64,000 nt of DNA from Sedimentisphaerales bacterium (GTDB lineage Bacteria > Planctomycetota > Phycisphaerae > Sedimentisphaerales > Anaerobacaceae): the NCBI GenBank assembly GCA_040772485.1, contig JAXGYC010000009.1, forward strand, positions 320,001 to 384,000, read 5' to 3'. Positions 49,901 to 59,612 of the stretch are shown here, one piece after another. The position numbers were made by a program, and so were the translations under genes. Numbering within the stretch: position 1 is the first letter of the stretch; every line of letters starts with the position of its first letter. Below the pieces are notes generated by a model that had not been told where the DNA came from, ran no database searches, and worked only from the letters and a program-made list of their open reading frames with translations.

Positions 49901-51491
49901 CTCTGCCGACGGCGCGAGTCTCTATGTGACGGCGGGCATGCCAGACGGGATGGTTCTGGTTATCAATTCACAGACGGGCGCCACGCGGGCGAGGATTCCC
50001 GCCGGGCATAGTCCGACGGCGCCGGTGCTCAGCCCTGACGGGGGCACGCTTTTCGTATGCGACCGGTTCCGTTCGCGGCTGCTGGCCATCGACCTGGCCG
50101 CACAGACGATCAGGGGCGAGTTGCCTGTCGGTCGCGAGCCTGTCGCGGCCGCTTTGACGCCGGATGGTCGTCGCGTACTGGTCGCGAATCTGCTGCCCGC
50201 CGGGCCGGCCACGAGTCCGCGTGTCGCGGCCGAAGTGGTCGCGGTCAATGCCGCCGATCTGACGCTCGCCGGCCGCATCGGATTGCCCAACGGAAGCACA
50301 TCCGTCCGGGGGATTTGTGCATCTCCTGATGGTAGATACGCCTACGTCGTCCACATTCTGGCCCATTTCCAACTGCCCACAACGCAGGTCGATCGCGGCT
50401 GGATGAACGCCAGCGCCCTGAGCATCGTCGAAATCCCCTCGTGGCGCCGGCTCGCCACCGTGCTGCTGGACGACGTGGATCGCGGCGCCGCCAATCCCTG
50501 GGACGTGGCCTGCGCCAACGAGGGCCGGTGGCTCTGCGTGAGCCATTCGGGCACACATGAGGTGAGCATCATCGATCGGCTCGCCCTGCATCGCAAGCTC
50601 GACCGAGTTGCCGCCGGATCGGAGGACGTGTCGAGCGATCTGTCGTTCCTCCTGGACCTACGCCGGCGCGTTCGCCTGCCGGGCAGGGGACCGCGCGGCG
50701 TCGCAGTCGTCGGACAGACACTCTATGTCGCCGAGTACTTCTCTGATTCCGTGGCCACCGTCGATCTGGGCGCGGACTTTGCGGACACACCGGCGTCGAT
50801 TCCGCTGGGGCCGACGGCTGGTACAACTGATGTGCAGCGGGGAGAAATGCTCTTCCATGACGCCGACCTGTGCTTCCAGGGCTGGCAGAGCTGCGCCAGT
50901 TGCCACCCCGACGCGCGTGCCGACGGCCTCAACTGGGATCTGCTCAATGATGGTCTGGGCACGCCGAAGAACACCAAGAGTATGTTGTGGTCGCATCGCA
51001 CGCCGCCGGCGATGAGCCTCGGCGTTCGGGAAACCGCCGAGGCCGCCGTTCGCGCCGGGCTGCACCACATTCAGTTCGTGGTGCGCCCGGAGGCCGATGC
51101 TGCCGCCATCGATGCGTACCTCAAATCCATCGAGCCCCTTCCGAGCCCGTACGCCGACGACCGCGACCTCATCGCCCAGGCCCGAAGAGGGAAGCTCGTC
51201 TTTGAGAAGGCCGGCTGCCAGGAATGTCACCCTGCGCCTCTCTACACGTCGCTGGCGTCCTATGACGTAGGGGCGAGTGATTATTCGCTCGCACCCGGCC
51301 GGGCCGGCGAGGCCTTTGACACGCCCACGCTGGTCGAGCTGTGGCGCACCGCGCCCTACCTTCACGACGGCCGGGCCGCCACCCTCGAAGAAGTGCTGAC
51401 CAAGTTCAATCCCGAGGACCGCCATGGCAAGACCTCGAACCTGAGCGAGAAGGAGATCGACGACCTGACCGCATTCCTGCTGTCTCTGTGA
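46953..51491 (+). CDS. Exported multiheme protein: HzsA-related region + YVTN beta-propeller + di-heme CCP/MauG-like domain
   Basis: YTRWEY, FQVIDARGYAAQTMRSW, CLGCH, CTSCH; propeller repeats; CASCH, CQECH, FDTPTLVELWRTAPYLHDG. Confidence 0.8.
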   Translation: MGTFRSHGGSGKRELADGLGRLRRGLHRQACACRCHTLVVIAVLTLGAQTSANQADSWQAAVLEAQAQAASLDPGSDAFTAAAEELSVRSEREFPMQWDWCLQDAGPDFGRWLSASAASATARQAADKAIAELGAEGSDLRNDFDRLVSQSTPAESGRWFELYLRAAGVRREMRLRTLHRQYPQWVFTKHCILGGSHYAYTEGQSDAQHERQFEPGAALCRLEIEGDRCTVRTLIDDPNGVIRDPDVSWDGRHVLFAWKKSDRQDDYHLHEMEVATGSIRQLTHGLGFADYEGVYLPNDDIVFNSTRCVQTVDCWWTEVSNLYTCDRDGRYLRRLAFDQVHDNFPTVMPDGRVVYTRWEYSDRGQLFVQGLFQMNPDGTGQTEFYGNNSWFPTSLLHARGIPGTQKVVATFSGHHTLQVGKLGIVDPARGRQENSGARLIAPVRETPAERIDYYGQDGELFQYPYPLSESEFVVACAPLGWSRNPTRFKLYWIAADGRRELLAADPDVSCNQAVPLAARPRPLVRPSLVDYSKTTGTCYLQDIYAGPGLEGVARGTIQKLRVIALDYRAAGMGWNYNAGPAGDALVCTPAAIGNGSWDVKIVLGDATVHPDGSAFFNLPARTPVYFQVIDARGYAAQTMRSWLTVQPGENVSCLGCHESKNSTLPAQARPSKAFAAGPQDLAPFQGPPRGFSFSREIQPILDRHCTSCHNDTERWQERLGRATARVTLESQAASCGMGFQPMKHQQDADAKKNRGQNARDTQGRDALATEVAFSLCSTPVTESLAKRQWSASYLALVQATQKTLEGHLYLAGTSNALVNWISAQSVPDMLPAYSAGAARSRLLSLLAEGHYDAQVTAEEIERIACWIDLQVPFCGDYQEASQWTREEQQRYEHFLAKRRRMEELERRHIAAWLSAHKPKTQTPAPGSSDKDAHLSPLAMAVNASGKELYIVAAAGRQILVVDRATCSVRRKIDLTEAPSGVAISADGASLYVTAGMPDGMVLVINSQTGATRARIPAGHSPTAPVLSPDGGTLFVCDRFRSRLLAIDLAAQTIRGELPVGREPVAAALTPDGRRVLVANLLPAGPATSPRVAAEVVAVNAADLTLAGRIGLPNGSTSVRGICASPDGRYAYVVHILAHFQLPTTQVDRGWMNASALSIVEIPSWRRLATVLLDDVDRGAANPWDVACANEGRWLCVSHSGTHEVSIIDRLALHRKLDRVAAGSEDVSSDLSFLLDLRRRVRLPGRGPRGVAVVGQTLYVAEYFSDSVATVDLGADFADTPASIPLGPTAGTTDVQRGEMLFHDADLCFQGWQSCASCHPDARADGLNWDLLNDGLGTPKNTKSMLWSHRTPPAMSLGVRETAEAAVRAGLHHIQFVVRPEADAAAIDAYLKSIEPLPSPYADDRDLIAQARRGKLVFEKAGCQECHPAPLYTSLASYDVGASDYSLAPGRAGEAFDTPTLVELWRTAPYLHDGRAATLEEVLTKFNPEDRHGKTSNLSEKEIDDLTAFLLSL

Positions 51492-51497
51492 CCGCAA

Positions 51498-51536
51498 GTG
51501 TCCGAATCCGGGCGCGCCGATCCCAAAACCGGGCGC
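51498..51536 (+). promoter_or_regulatory. Putative activator binding sites for the sigma54 regulator
   Basis: Two imperfect palindromes 21 bp apart (GTGTCCGAATCCGGGCGC / GATCCCAAAACCGGGCGC). Confidence 0.5.
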
Positions 51537-51585
51537 GGACGCAAAGGTCCAGACGCCTGTCGGGCCTTACGGTGCGGTCCTCGCC

Positions 51586-51601
51586 TGGCACACTGTTTGC
51601 A
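51586..51601 (+). promoter_or_regulatory. Sigma54 -24/-12 promoter of the ABC operon
   Basis: TGGCAC-N5-TTGCA consensus match. Confidence 0.8.
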
Positions 51602-51641
51602 TACCCTCCACGCGAAGACGGTGCGACTGCAGAGAAGAAGG

Positions 51642-51718
51642 AGTTGACAGTTCACAGTTGGCAGTTCGCGGCGAAATGCGACCGCGGTGAACTGACAACT
51701 GGGAACTGAGAACTGGAG
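51642..51718. repeat. Inverted heptamer arrays, element A
   Basis: (AGTTNNC)x3-4 ... (AACTGNN)x4, ending in the GGAG RBS. Confidence 0.85.
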
Positions 51719-51725
51719 TCATACA

Positions 51726-54224
51726 ATGACGACACTCTGGCAGGACATTCGATATGGCGTGCGGATGCTGGCGAAGAATCGCGGGTTCACGGCCATTGCG
51801 CTGGTGACGCTGGCGATCGGCATCGGGGCCAACACGATCATGTTCAGCATCGTGAACCTGTTTCTCTTTCGCCCGGTGCAGGTGAAGGAGCCGGATCGAT
51901 TAGTGGGGTGCAGCACTCGCGACGTTCTCCACTTCATTTCGTACGAGACTTACCTTGACATACGCGCCGACAATCCGGCGTTTAGCGAGGTGGTGGCCAC
52001 TGACTGGGGGCTCGGGCTCGTCACCATGGTCTGGGGGGACATCACGAAGCGCGCACACACGATGCAGGTCTCCTCCAACTATTTCTCCACATTGGGCGTG
52101 GCCCCCGCGCGGGGACGGTTCTTCTCGCCGGAAGAGGAACGGATGGGCGCCGAGGCGATCGCCATACTCAGCCATCACCTGTGGGAGCTGCGCGGCGCCG
52201 ATCCTGAGATCGTGGGCCAACTCATTACGTTGAACGGCACGCCGTTTCGGATTATTGGTGTCGCGCCGAAAGGGTTTACCGGCACATCGCTCGTCGGTCC
52301 GGATTTATGGCTACCTTTGGGCAGCACGCCCCACCTGGATGCCCGAAACACCGATTACCCTTTGATTGCCCTGGTGGGGCGGCTTCGCCCGGGACTGAGC
52401 ATGGCGGCAGCGCAGGTGCGTCTCCAGTCCCTTGTTCCTCGCTTGAAGAGCAGTTTTCCAAAGGCATTCAAACGTGGTCGCGGCGTTCTGCGTCTCTATC
52501 CTCTGCCTCGCCTGACCAACGGCGGCGGCGAGCATGAGAGAGAGGGGTTGTCCGTCGCCAGCTTGTTCCTGATGGGGGTATCGGGCGTTGTCCTGCTCAT
52601 TGCTTGCCTGAACCTGGCGAACATGGTCGTCGTTCAGGGAAGTACCCGACATCGAGAAATGGCCATTCGCATGGCCATCGGCGGGGGGCGTCTGCGCGTC
52701 GTGCGTCAATTGCTCATCGAGTCGCTCCTTCTCTCGCTGCTTGGAGGGGTGTGCGGGTTGATTCTGGCCTTCTGGGGAACGCGTCTCCTCAACGCGTGGA
52801 TTGTCGCCATGCCGATGCCTTTGGATATCGCCGGCGCATCGCACCTTGTTCTCGACGTCCGGGTATTGACCGCAACGCTGGGCTTCTGTCTGCTGGCGAC
52901 GTTGCTGTTCGGTCTCAAACCCGCTCTGCGTCTGTCCCGGCGGGACCTCATCACCGATCTGAAAGAATCCGGCCGTGAGATGACTCGTTCGCCTGTCGCG
53001 AGAAGGCGGTTTCTGCCGCGCGGCGTTTCCGTCGTGGGCCAGATCGCGCTGTCCGTCATGCTGATGATGGGAGCGATATTGTTTACGCGAAGTTCGCTGT
53101 ACGTCGTGCGTCTCAATCCGGCCGACAGCCTTCGCGGCAAGGTGCTCGTTGAGATCGCCCCGGGGGCCACCCAACACGATCCAGCCCGCAGCATGCAAGC
53201 GTGCGAGACCCTGACGGAGCGTCTGGGGGCTGTACCTGGGGTCAAGGCGGTCGCCTGGTCCAGTTCGTTCCCGTTCGGAGACGGCGCGGGCATCTGCTGG
53301 GACTTTCGGGAATACACCCCGGCGTTTGCGAACGACGATTCCGAAACGCCGCGACGGCAGGGGGCGCCTGCGTGCTATGATGTTGGAGTGGATTATACCA
53401 AGGCGATGGCGCTTCCCTTGTTGCAGGGCCGGGCCTTTCATCCGCTTGACATGACGCCCGGCGCAGAGAGAGTCGCCATCATCGATGAACAACTGGCGCG
53501 CAAGCTCCGTCCGGATGGCAATGCTCTCGGTTGCTTGATCCAGTACAGCGAGTGGAAATACTTCGAGCCGCCTTGCCGGGTGGTGGGAATCGTGCCCCAT
53601 CTGCGGGTGCTTTCGGACGACCGGCTGGACCGCGCGCAGTTCTATGTGCCGATGACGCCCAGCCATATGCCGACCTACATCCATCTATTGGCGGCCGTCG
53701 ACAATCGCCAAGCCGAGGCGGCGGTGTTCCAGGCAATCCGTGCGGAGGTCCGCCAAGTGACGCCGGACCTGCCGGTCCTGGCGGTCACTACCTTGGCGGC
53801 GTGTTGTCGCGACAACTTCTCCGTCTGGTTGATTGAATTGGGGGCGAAGCTGGCGGCCGCCTTCGGTATTATGGCCCTGTTCCTGGCGTCTCTGGGGATC
53901 TACGCGGTCAAGGGGTACATGGTGGCTTCGCGGACGCCGGAGATCGGCATCCGCAAGGCCCTCGGGGCGACGCACTGGGACATCATGCAGATGGTTTTTC
54001 GCGAAGGCCTGGTGCTGACGGTGGTGGGGTTGATCCTTGGGTTGGCCATCGGCCTCGGCGTCGCGCGGCTGATCGCCAGTCTGCTCTATGGCGTCGAGCC
54101 GGTGGATCCCGTCAGCATCGCTGCAACCGTATTCTTGCTTGCCGCCGTCTCCCTCCTGGCCGGCTACATCCCTGCGCGCCGGGCGGCGAAGGTCGATCCG
54201 ATGGTGGCGTTGCGGCATGAATGA
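51726..54224 (+). CDS. ABC transporter permease, duplicated MacB/FtsX type
   Basis: [51 protein letters not shown]. Confidence 0.93.
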   Translation: MTTLWQDIRYGVRMLAKNRGFTAIALVTLAIGIGANTIMFSIVNLFLFRPVQVKEPDRLVGCSTRDVLHFISYETYLDIRADNPAFSEVVATDWGLGLVTMVWGDITKRAHTMQVSSNYFSTLGVAPARGRFFSPEEERMGAEAIAILSHHLWELRGADPEIVGQLITLNGTPFRIIGVAPKGFTGTSLVGPDLWLPLGSTPHLDARNTDYPLIALVGRLRPGLSMAAAQVRLQSLVPRLKSSFPKAFKRGRGVLRLYPLPRLTNGGGEHEREGLSVASLFLMGVSGVVLLIACLNLANMVVVQGSTRHREMAIRMAIGGGRLRVVRQLLIESLLLSLLGGVCGLILAFWGTRLLNAWIVAMPMPLDIAGASHLVLDVRVLTATLGFCLLATLLFGLKPALRLSRRDLITDLKESGREMTRSPVARRRFLPRGVSVVGQIALSVMLMMGAILFTRSSLYVVRLNPADSLRGKVLVEIAPGATQHDPARSMQACETLTERLGAVPGVKAVAWSSSFPFGDGAGICWDFREYTPAFANDDSETPRRQGAPACYDVGVDYTKAMALPLLQGRAFHPLDMTPGAERVAIIDEQLARKLRPDGNALGCLIQYSEWKYFEPPCRVVGIVPHLRVLSDDRLDRAQFYVPMTPSHMPTYIHLLAAVDNRQAEAAVFQAIRAEVRQVTPDLPVLAVTTLAACCRDNFSVWLIELGAKLAAAFGIMALFLASLGIYAVKGYMVASRTPEIGIRKALGATHWDIMQMVFREGLVLTVVGLILGLAIGLGVARLIASLLYGVEPVDPVSIAATVFLLAAVSLLAGYIPARRAAKVDPMVALRHE

Positions 54225-54229
54225 AAGAG

Positions 54230-54348
54230 AGTTCACAGTGGACGGTTGCCAGTTGGCAGAAAGAACGGGCGATTGTGGCAGGGCAACTGGGAACTGATAA
54301 CTGTCAACCGATAACTGAGAGCTGGCAACTGAGAACCGAGAACTGGAG
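54230..54348. repeat. Inverted heptamer arrays, element B
   Basis: 4 left units AGTTCAC/AGTGGAC/GGTTGCC/AGTTGGC; 9 right units AACTGNN ending in GGAG. Confidence 0.9.
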
Positions 54349-54355
54349 TTGTGCA

Positions 54356-56884
54356 ATGACGACGTTGTGGCAAGATGTACGGTATGGCCTTCGCATGTTG
54401 CGGAAGAGCCCCGGGTTCACGGCAATTGCCTTGATTACTCTGGCGCTTGGCATCGGGGCCAACACGATCACGTTCAGTCTGGTCAACGCACTATTGTTGC
54501 GTCCCGCGCACGTGAAGGAACCGGAACGACTGGCGGGCTGTCGGTCTCGCGGCCTTCTTTACTGGTTTCGTTACGCTGACTATGTGGATCTGCGTGACAG
54601 CAACCCGATCTTCAGCGACCTCATGGCCCACGGCTGGGGCGGGGAGTCTGTCATGCTGCAGCGTGGAGACAGCACCCGGTGGGCCTCCGCGATGTTTGTA
54701 TCCGCGACTTACTTCTCCACCCTGGGAGTGATGCCCGCACGAGGGCGAGGTTTCTGGCCGGAGGAGGAGCGGATGGGGGCGGAGCCGGTCGTTGTTCTGA
54801 GCCACCGCGCCTGGCAGCGACAAGGTGGCGATCCGAAGATCGTGGGAACGCAGGTGTCCATTAACGGCATATTCTGTCAGGTGATCGGTGTCGCCCCGGA
54901 ACGGTTCACGGGAACGGCGCTGATCGGACCGGACTTGTGGCTTCCCCTGGGGACCCACGGCCTTGTGACCAGATATGCTCTCTGGAGCAACGTGAGCAAG
55001 GCCACGCCGGCTGACTTCGCAAGCGATGATTGGAATTATCCCCCGCTGCTGATGGTCGGACGGCTCAAACCCGGCCTGGGCTGGTCCGCCGCCGAGGCGC
55101 GCCTGCCGGCTCTAACTTCGCGCCTCAACGAAAGGTCTCCGGACCGAAGGGTGATGAGGGGCACACTCTGCCTCCATCGGGTGGGCAAGTTGAATGCATA
55201 CGGGGGCAGTGACCAGAAGGTGGTGTCCGGCGGCAGCCTGTTCCTGATGGGGGTATCCGCGATTATCTTGCTCATCGCCTGCATGAATCTGGCAAACATG
55301 TACGTGATCCAGGGCGCTTCCAGGCATCGCGAGATCGCCATTCGCATGGCCATCGGCGGAGGGCGGATGCGGCTCATACGCCAGTTCTTCATCGAATCCC
55401 TCCTGCTGGCGTTGCTCGGGGGGACCTTGGGACTGGTCCTCGCCTTCTGGGGTGTGAAGGTCATGAATGTCCTGTTGGCGGCGCTCTGGTTTTCCGTCGA
55501 GACAGGCCTTGCCGTGGAAACGGGCATCGATGCGCGTGTCGTCGGGGCAACGCTGGGCTTCTGTCTGGTCGCGGCGCTGCTATCGGGGCTGCGCCCCGCC
55601 CTGCGGCTGTCCCGGCGCGATATCATCGATGATCTCAAAGAGTCCAGGGGCAGTGCTCTGCGACCGGCCGCGCGAGCACGGCGAATCATGCCTCGCGGCC
55701 TGTCCATCGCTTGCCAGGTTGCTCTATCCGTCGTGCTCGTGATGACCGCCAGCCTGCTCACTCACAGCGCGTGGACGGCTGCCCATATGACCCCCGGCTA
55801 CAGCTTCGACGATAAGCTGCTGATCGAGATGGAGCCGCGTCGAGTGGGGTATGATCGTGCCGAAAACATGCAAGTTTGTGAGCGCCTCATGGACCACCTG
55901 AGAACCCTGCCGGGGGTCCAGGCCGTCGGCCTGTCCACGTCCAAGCCCTTCGAGGATAGAGGCAAGGCCATCTGCGAGTACGGGGCAGACTCGGATGGCG
56001 AAGCCGGCGGGGAGGGACGGTGGATCCACAGCGGCGTTCGACCCATTGGCGGGGACTACCTTGAGGCCATAGGACTGCCGCTTCTACGGGGCCGCCACTT
56101 CAGCCGTGTCGAAAGAGCCACCGACGCTCCGGTCGTCATCATCGACGAGGTGCAGGCCCGCCGGCTTCGACGGGATGGCAACGCGCTGGGTTGCCTGATC
56201 TCCGGGCTCGGCCCCGCGCCACGGGAAGTCATCGGAATCGTGCCCAGCCTGCGGAGTTCCCTGTTTGAGACGGAGGTTTCTGCCCACGTCTATACACCGA
56301 TCGGACGAGACCTGGAGTCGTTCGACCACCCTATCTATATCAATATTCGAACTACGGGCAAGGTGCCCGGGGGCCAGACAGCCCTGTTGCAGAACATCCG
56401 GGAAGGAATTCGCAGGGTGGAGCCCCACGTGGCGATCCTGTCGGCGCTAACTCTCTCGGACCATCATCGCCAGAGTCGTGACGTGAGGCGGGTACGGCTG
56501 GTGGCGGGTCTGGCCATGGCGTTTGGGGCAACGGCGTTGTTTCTGGCGGCCCTGGGGATCTACGCGGTCAAGGGTTATACGGTCGCCGCCCGGACGCCGG
56601 AGATTGGGATTCGCATGGCCCTGGGCGCCACCAGCGGCGAGATTCTGAGACTGGTGCTCCGCGAAGGCGTCACGTTGACCCTGGCCGGATTGTCCGCTGG
56701 GATGCTGCTGGCATCCGGCGCCGCGCGTGTGACGAGGCATGCCCTCTTCGGTGTCGATCCCTTCGACCCGGCAAGTATTGCCGTGACCACGGCTCTGCTC
56801 GGAGGCGCCTCACTGCTGGCCTGCTGGCTGCCCGCCCGCCGGGCGGCGCGGATCGATCCGATGGTGGCGTTGCGACATGAATGA
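54356..56884 (+). CDS. ABC transporter permease, duplicated MacB/FtsX type
   Basis: [15 protein letters not shown] ... DPMVALRHE; close paralog of 51726. Confidence 0.93.
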   Translation: MTTLWQDVRYGLRMLRKSPGFTAIALITLALGIGANTITFSLVNALLLRPAHVKEPERLAGCRSRGLLYWFRYADYVDLRDSNPIFSDLMAHGWGGESVMLQRGDSTRWASAMFVSATYFSTLGVMPARGRGFWPEEERMGAEPVVVLSHRAWQRQGGDPKIVGTQVSINGIFCQVIGVAPERFTGTALIGPDLWLPLGTHGLVTRYALWSNVSKATPADFASDDWNYPPLLMVGRLKPGLGWSAAEARLPALTSRLNERSPDRRVMRGTLCLHRVGKLNAYGGSDQKVVSGGSLFLMGVSAIILLIACMNLANMYVIQGASRHREIAIRMAIGGGRMRLIRQFFIESLLLALLGGTLGLVLAFWGVKVMNVLLAALWFSVETGLAVETGIDARVVGATLGFCLVAALLSGLRPALRLSRRDIIDDLKESRGSALRPAARARRIMPRGLSIACQVALSVVLVMTASLLTHSAWTAAHMTPGYSFDDKLLIEMEPRRVGYDRAENMQVCERLMDHLRTLPGVQAVGLSTSKPFEDRGKAICEYGADSDGEAGGEGRWIHSGVRPIGGDYLEAIGLPLLRGRHFSRVERATDAPVVIIDEVQARRLRRDGNALGCLISGLGPAPREVIGIVPSLRSSLFETEVSAHVYTPIGRDLESFDHPIYINIRTTGKVPGGQTALLQNIREGIRRVEPHVAILSALTLSDHHRQSRDVRRVRLVAGLAMAFGATALFLAALGIYAVKGYTVAARTPEIGIRMALGATSGEILRLVLREGVTLTLAGLSAGMLLASGAARVTRHALFGVDPFDPASIAVTTALLGGASLLACWLPARRAARIDPMVALRHE

Positions 56885-56889
56885 GAACG

Positions 56890-57030
56890 AGTTGACAGTT
56901 CACGGTTGGCAGTTGTCGGCCGGGAACCAGGAACCTGCGAACTGACAACTGAGAACCGACAACTGAGAGCTGACAACTGACAACTGTCAACTGGCAACTG
57001 ATAGCTGACAACTGAGAACCGACAACTGGC
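56890..57030. repeat. Inverted heptamer arrays, element C
   Basis: 4 left units; 13 right units AACTGAC-like at 56940-57030. Confidence 0.92.
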
Positions 57031-57040
57031 AGGATCTGGC

Positions 57041-58303
57041 ATGGACATCCCTCGAAAATCTGCGAAACGCATGAAAATGATCCGGCGGGGCGTGATCGCC
57101 ACGGTCGGGCTGATCGTGATCGCCGCGGTGACGGTGGGGCTGTCCCGGCTGGAGCCGGCGGCGCCGAGCGTGGATCGCCGCACGCTCTGGCTGGACACCG
57201 TCAAACGCGGCTCCATGTTGCGACAGGTGCGAGGCGTCGGCACCCTGGTCTCGGAGGACATCCTGGTCGTTCCCGCCCTGGTGAGCGGCCGCGTCACCTA
57301 CATCCGGGTCCTGCCGGGCGCCATCGTCGACGCCAACACCGTGATTCTGGAGCTGAGCAATCCCGATCTGGAGCGGGAACTGCTGGATGCCACCTCGCAA
57401 CTGAACTCGGCCAAGGCTAGGCTGAGCGCCCAGAGAACGAGTCTGCAAGATCAACTCCTTGGAAACGAAGCATCCTTGGCGCAATACCAGGCTTCTTGCG
57501 ACGAGGCCAGGCTCCGCGCCGAGGTCAACCAGAAGCAGTTCGAGCAGGATCTGATTCCCGAATTGGAACTGACGCTGTCCCAGACGAACGCCGAGCGGGC
57601 CAAGCGCCTTCTCGAAATCAACAAGAGACGCTTTGAGATGTTCGAGAAGGAGACGGTGCCGGCGCAGTTGGCCGAGTTGCAGGAATCGGTAAGCCAGGCC
57701 GAATCGCTCTGTGAGCTCAAGCGCCGACAGATCGAGTCCCTGAAAGTCAGGGCGGGAACGAACGGCGTGCTGGCTCAGGTCAAGGACAAGATCGAGCCGG
57801 GCCAGCAGATTGCGCCCGGAACGGTGCTGGCGCGCATCACGAACCCGACGCGTCTGAAGGCGCAGTTGAAGATCCCCGAAGTGCAGGCCCGCGATGTGCT
57901 CATCGGTTTGCTTGCGGAAGTGGACACGTACAACGGCACGGTCCAGGGCGCTGTCTCTCGTATCGATCCAACGGTGATCGAGGGCAACGTGACGGTGGAC
58001 ATCACGCTGAACGGCGCACTGCCCAAAGGCGCCCGGCCGGATCTCTCTGTGACCGGGACCATCGAAATCGAGCGGCTGGAGGACGCGCTCAACGTTGGAA
58101 GGCCCGTCTCGGCCTCGTCGGAGGGGGTCTCGGAACTCTTCAAGGTCGTCGAGGAGGGCAAGTACGCGATTCGGACGCGCGTGCGATTCGGCCGCGTCTC
58201 CGTCAGCACGATCGAGGTCCTCGAAGGGCTGGACGTCGGCGACGAGATCATCCTCAGCGACATGTCCCAATGGGACGGCCAGGACCGGCTGCGGCTGAAG
58301 TAG
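57041..58303 (+). CDS. Periplasmic adaptor subunit (MacA/HlyD family)
   Basis: N-terminal TM, VRGVGTLV, coiled-coil hairpin, GLDVGDEIILSD. Confidence 0.9.
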   Translation: MDIPRKSAKRMKMIRRGVIATVGLIVIAAVTVGLSRLEPAAPSVDRRTLWLDTVKRGSMLRQVRGVGTLVSEDILVVPALVSGRVTYIRVLPGAIVDANTVILELSNPDLERELLDATSQLNSAKARLSAQRTSLQDQLLGNEASLAQYQASCDEARLRAEVNQKQFEQDLIPELELTLSQTNAERAKRLLEINKRRFEMFEKETVPAQLAELQESVSQAESLCELKRRQIESLKVRAGTNGVLAQVKDKIEPGQQIAPGTVLARITNPTRLKAQLKIPEVQARDVLIGLLAEVDTYNGTVQGAVSRIDPTVIEGNVTVDITLNGALPKGARPDLSVTGTIEIERLEDALNVGRPVSASSEGVSELFKVVEEGKYAIRTRVRFGRVSVSTIEVLEGLDVGDEIILSDMSQWDGQDRLRLK

Positions 58304-58308
58304 ACGTC

Positions 58309-58343
58309 AGTTGTCAGTTTCCAGTTGACGGTTGACAGTTGGA
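58309..58343. repeat. Heptamer array, left arm of element D
   Basis: AGTTGTC AGTTTCC AGTTGAC GGTTGAC AGTTGGA. Confidence 0.85.
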
Positions 58344-58361
58344 GGGGGAAGAGGAGAAGTC

Positions 58362-58751
58362 ATGAGAAGGAATAGCTACCGAGACTTGGAGGTTTGGAGG
58401 AAGAGCATGGACCTCGTGGTGCAATGCTATGAGGCGACACGCGCCTTTCCGGCAAGTGAGCAGTATGGTCTGACGGGTCAGGTTCAGAGGGCGGCCGTAT
58501 CAGTTCCTGCCAACATCGCCGAGGGGCAGGCTCGCGAGCACAAGAAGGAATTCCTTCACCACCTGTCCATCGCGCATGGGTCTGTGGCTGAATTGGAGAC
58601 CCATATCGAGATCGCAAGTCGGATCGGATACCTGAAGGTTGATGTGGCGCATCGTCTCTTCGGCCAAACTGAAGAAGTCGGCAGGATGATCAACGGCCTG
58701 CGGAGATCATTGCGTCAAGCTCGTCCGCAGAAGGGACAATCTGCCGACTGA
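58362..58751 (+). CDS. Four-helix-bundle protein (23S rRNA IVS protein family)
   Basis: SYRDLEVW, FPASEQYGLTGQVQRAAVSVPANIAEG, IAHGSVAELETH. Confidence 0.93.
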   Translation: MRRNSYRDLEVWRKSMDLVVQCYEATRAFPASEQYGLTGQVQRAAVSVPANIAEGQAREHKKEFLHHLSIAHGSVAELETHIEIASRIGYLKVDVAHRLFGQTEEVGRMINGLRRSLRQARPQKGQSAD

Positions 58752-58801
58752 GTACTGCAAACTGGAAACTGAGAACTGAAAACTGAGAACTGGGAACTAT
58801 G
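58746..58801. repeat. Heptamer array, right arm of element D
   Basis: GACTGAG TACTGCA AACTGGA AACTGAG AACTGAA AACTGAG AACTGGG AACTATG. Confidence 0.85.
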
Positions 58802-58803
58802 AC

Positions 58804-59553
58804 ATGGCAGAATCGAACGATGCATTGATCCGTGTGGAAGGCATGCACAAGGTTTTTGTCACGGAGGAGGTGGAGACCCACGCCTTGGCGGGGATTCATC
58901 TGTGCGTGTCGAAAGGCGAGTACGTTTCGATCGCGGGACCTTCGGGTTGCGGCAAATCGACGCTGCTGGCCATCCTGGGCCTGTTGGACTCGCCGACGGA
59001 AGGCGGCTACTGGCTCAACGGCCATCCCGTGGCGGACCTGTCGGCCTCGCAGCGTGCCCGGATCCGCAATCGTGAGGTCGGGTTCATCTTCCAGAGCTTC
59101 AACCTGATCGGCGATCTGACGGTGTTCGAGAACGTGGAGCTGCCGCTGACCTATCGTGGCATGTCGTCGTCCGAGCGGAAGAAGCGATCGTTGGACGCGC
59201 TGGAGAAGGTCGGGATGAGCCATCGGACCAAGCACTACCCGGCCCAGCTCTCCGGCGGTCAGCAGCAGCGCGTCGCGGTGGCGCGCGCCGTGGTGGGCGA
59301 TCCGTCGATCGTTCTGGCCGACGAGCCGACGGGAAACCTCGACTCGACCAACAGCGAAGCCGTGATGGCACTGCTGGCCGGCCTCCATCGCGACGGTGCG
59401 ACAATCTGCATGGTCACGCACGATCCCCGCTACGCCCGCCACGCCAGCCGCACCGTGCACCTGTTCGACGGCCGGATCGTCGAAGAGGAAGAGGCCGCCC
59501 GCAGGGAGCAGGAAGCCCGAGAGCTCAACAAGAGCGGCTTCGACGTGGCGTAG
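58804..59553 (+). CDS. ABC transporter ATP-binding protein (LolD/MacB-like)
   Basis: GPSGCGKST, LSGGQQQRV, LADEPTGNLD, VTHD. Confidence 0.95.
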   Translation: MAESNDALIRVEGMHKVFVTEEVETHALAGIHLCVSKGEYVSIAGPSGCGKSTLLAILGLLDSPTEGGYWLNGHPVADLSASQRARIRNREVGFIFQSFNLIGDLTVFENVELPLTYRGMSSSERKKRSLDALEKVGMSHRTKHYPAQLSGGQQQRVAVARAVVGDPSIVLADEPTGNLDSTNSEAVMALLAGLHRDGATICMVTHDPRYARHASRTVHLFDGRIVEEEEAARREQEARELNKSGFDVA

Positions 59554-59612
59554 TCGGCATGAGTGGCAGATTGCCAATGTGGGCGCAGGCACGGACACGG
59601 AAAGGACGTGAG

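Noticed and set aside
46953..51491. Calling the organism anammox
   Set aside because: No other anammox genes in the window, and HzsA-related domains occur in non-anammox bacteria.
58362..58751. Four-helix-bundle gene as evidence of a DGR or rRNA operon
   Set aside because: No reverse transcriptase, TR/VR pair or rRNA sequence seen in the window.
51642..58801. Heptamer hairpins as integron attC sites or a CRISPR array
   Set aside because: Order is GTT...AAC, the reverse of attC (AAC...GTT); there are no unique spacers and no integrase or cas genes.
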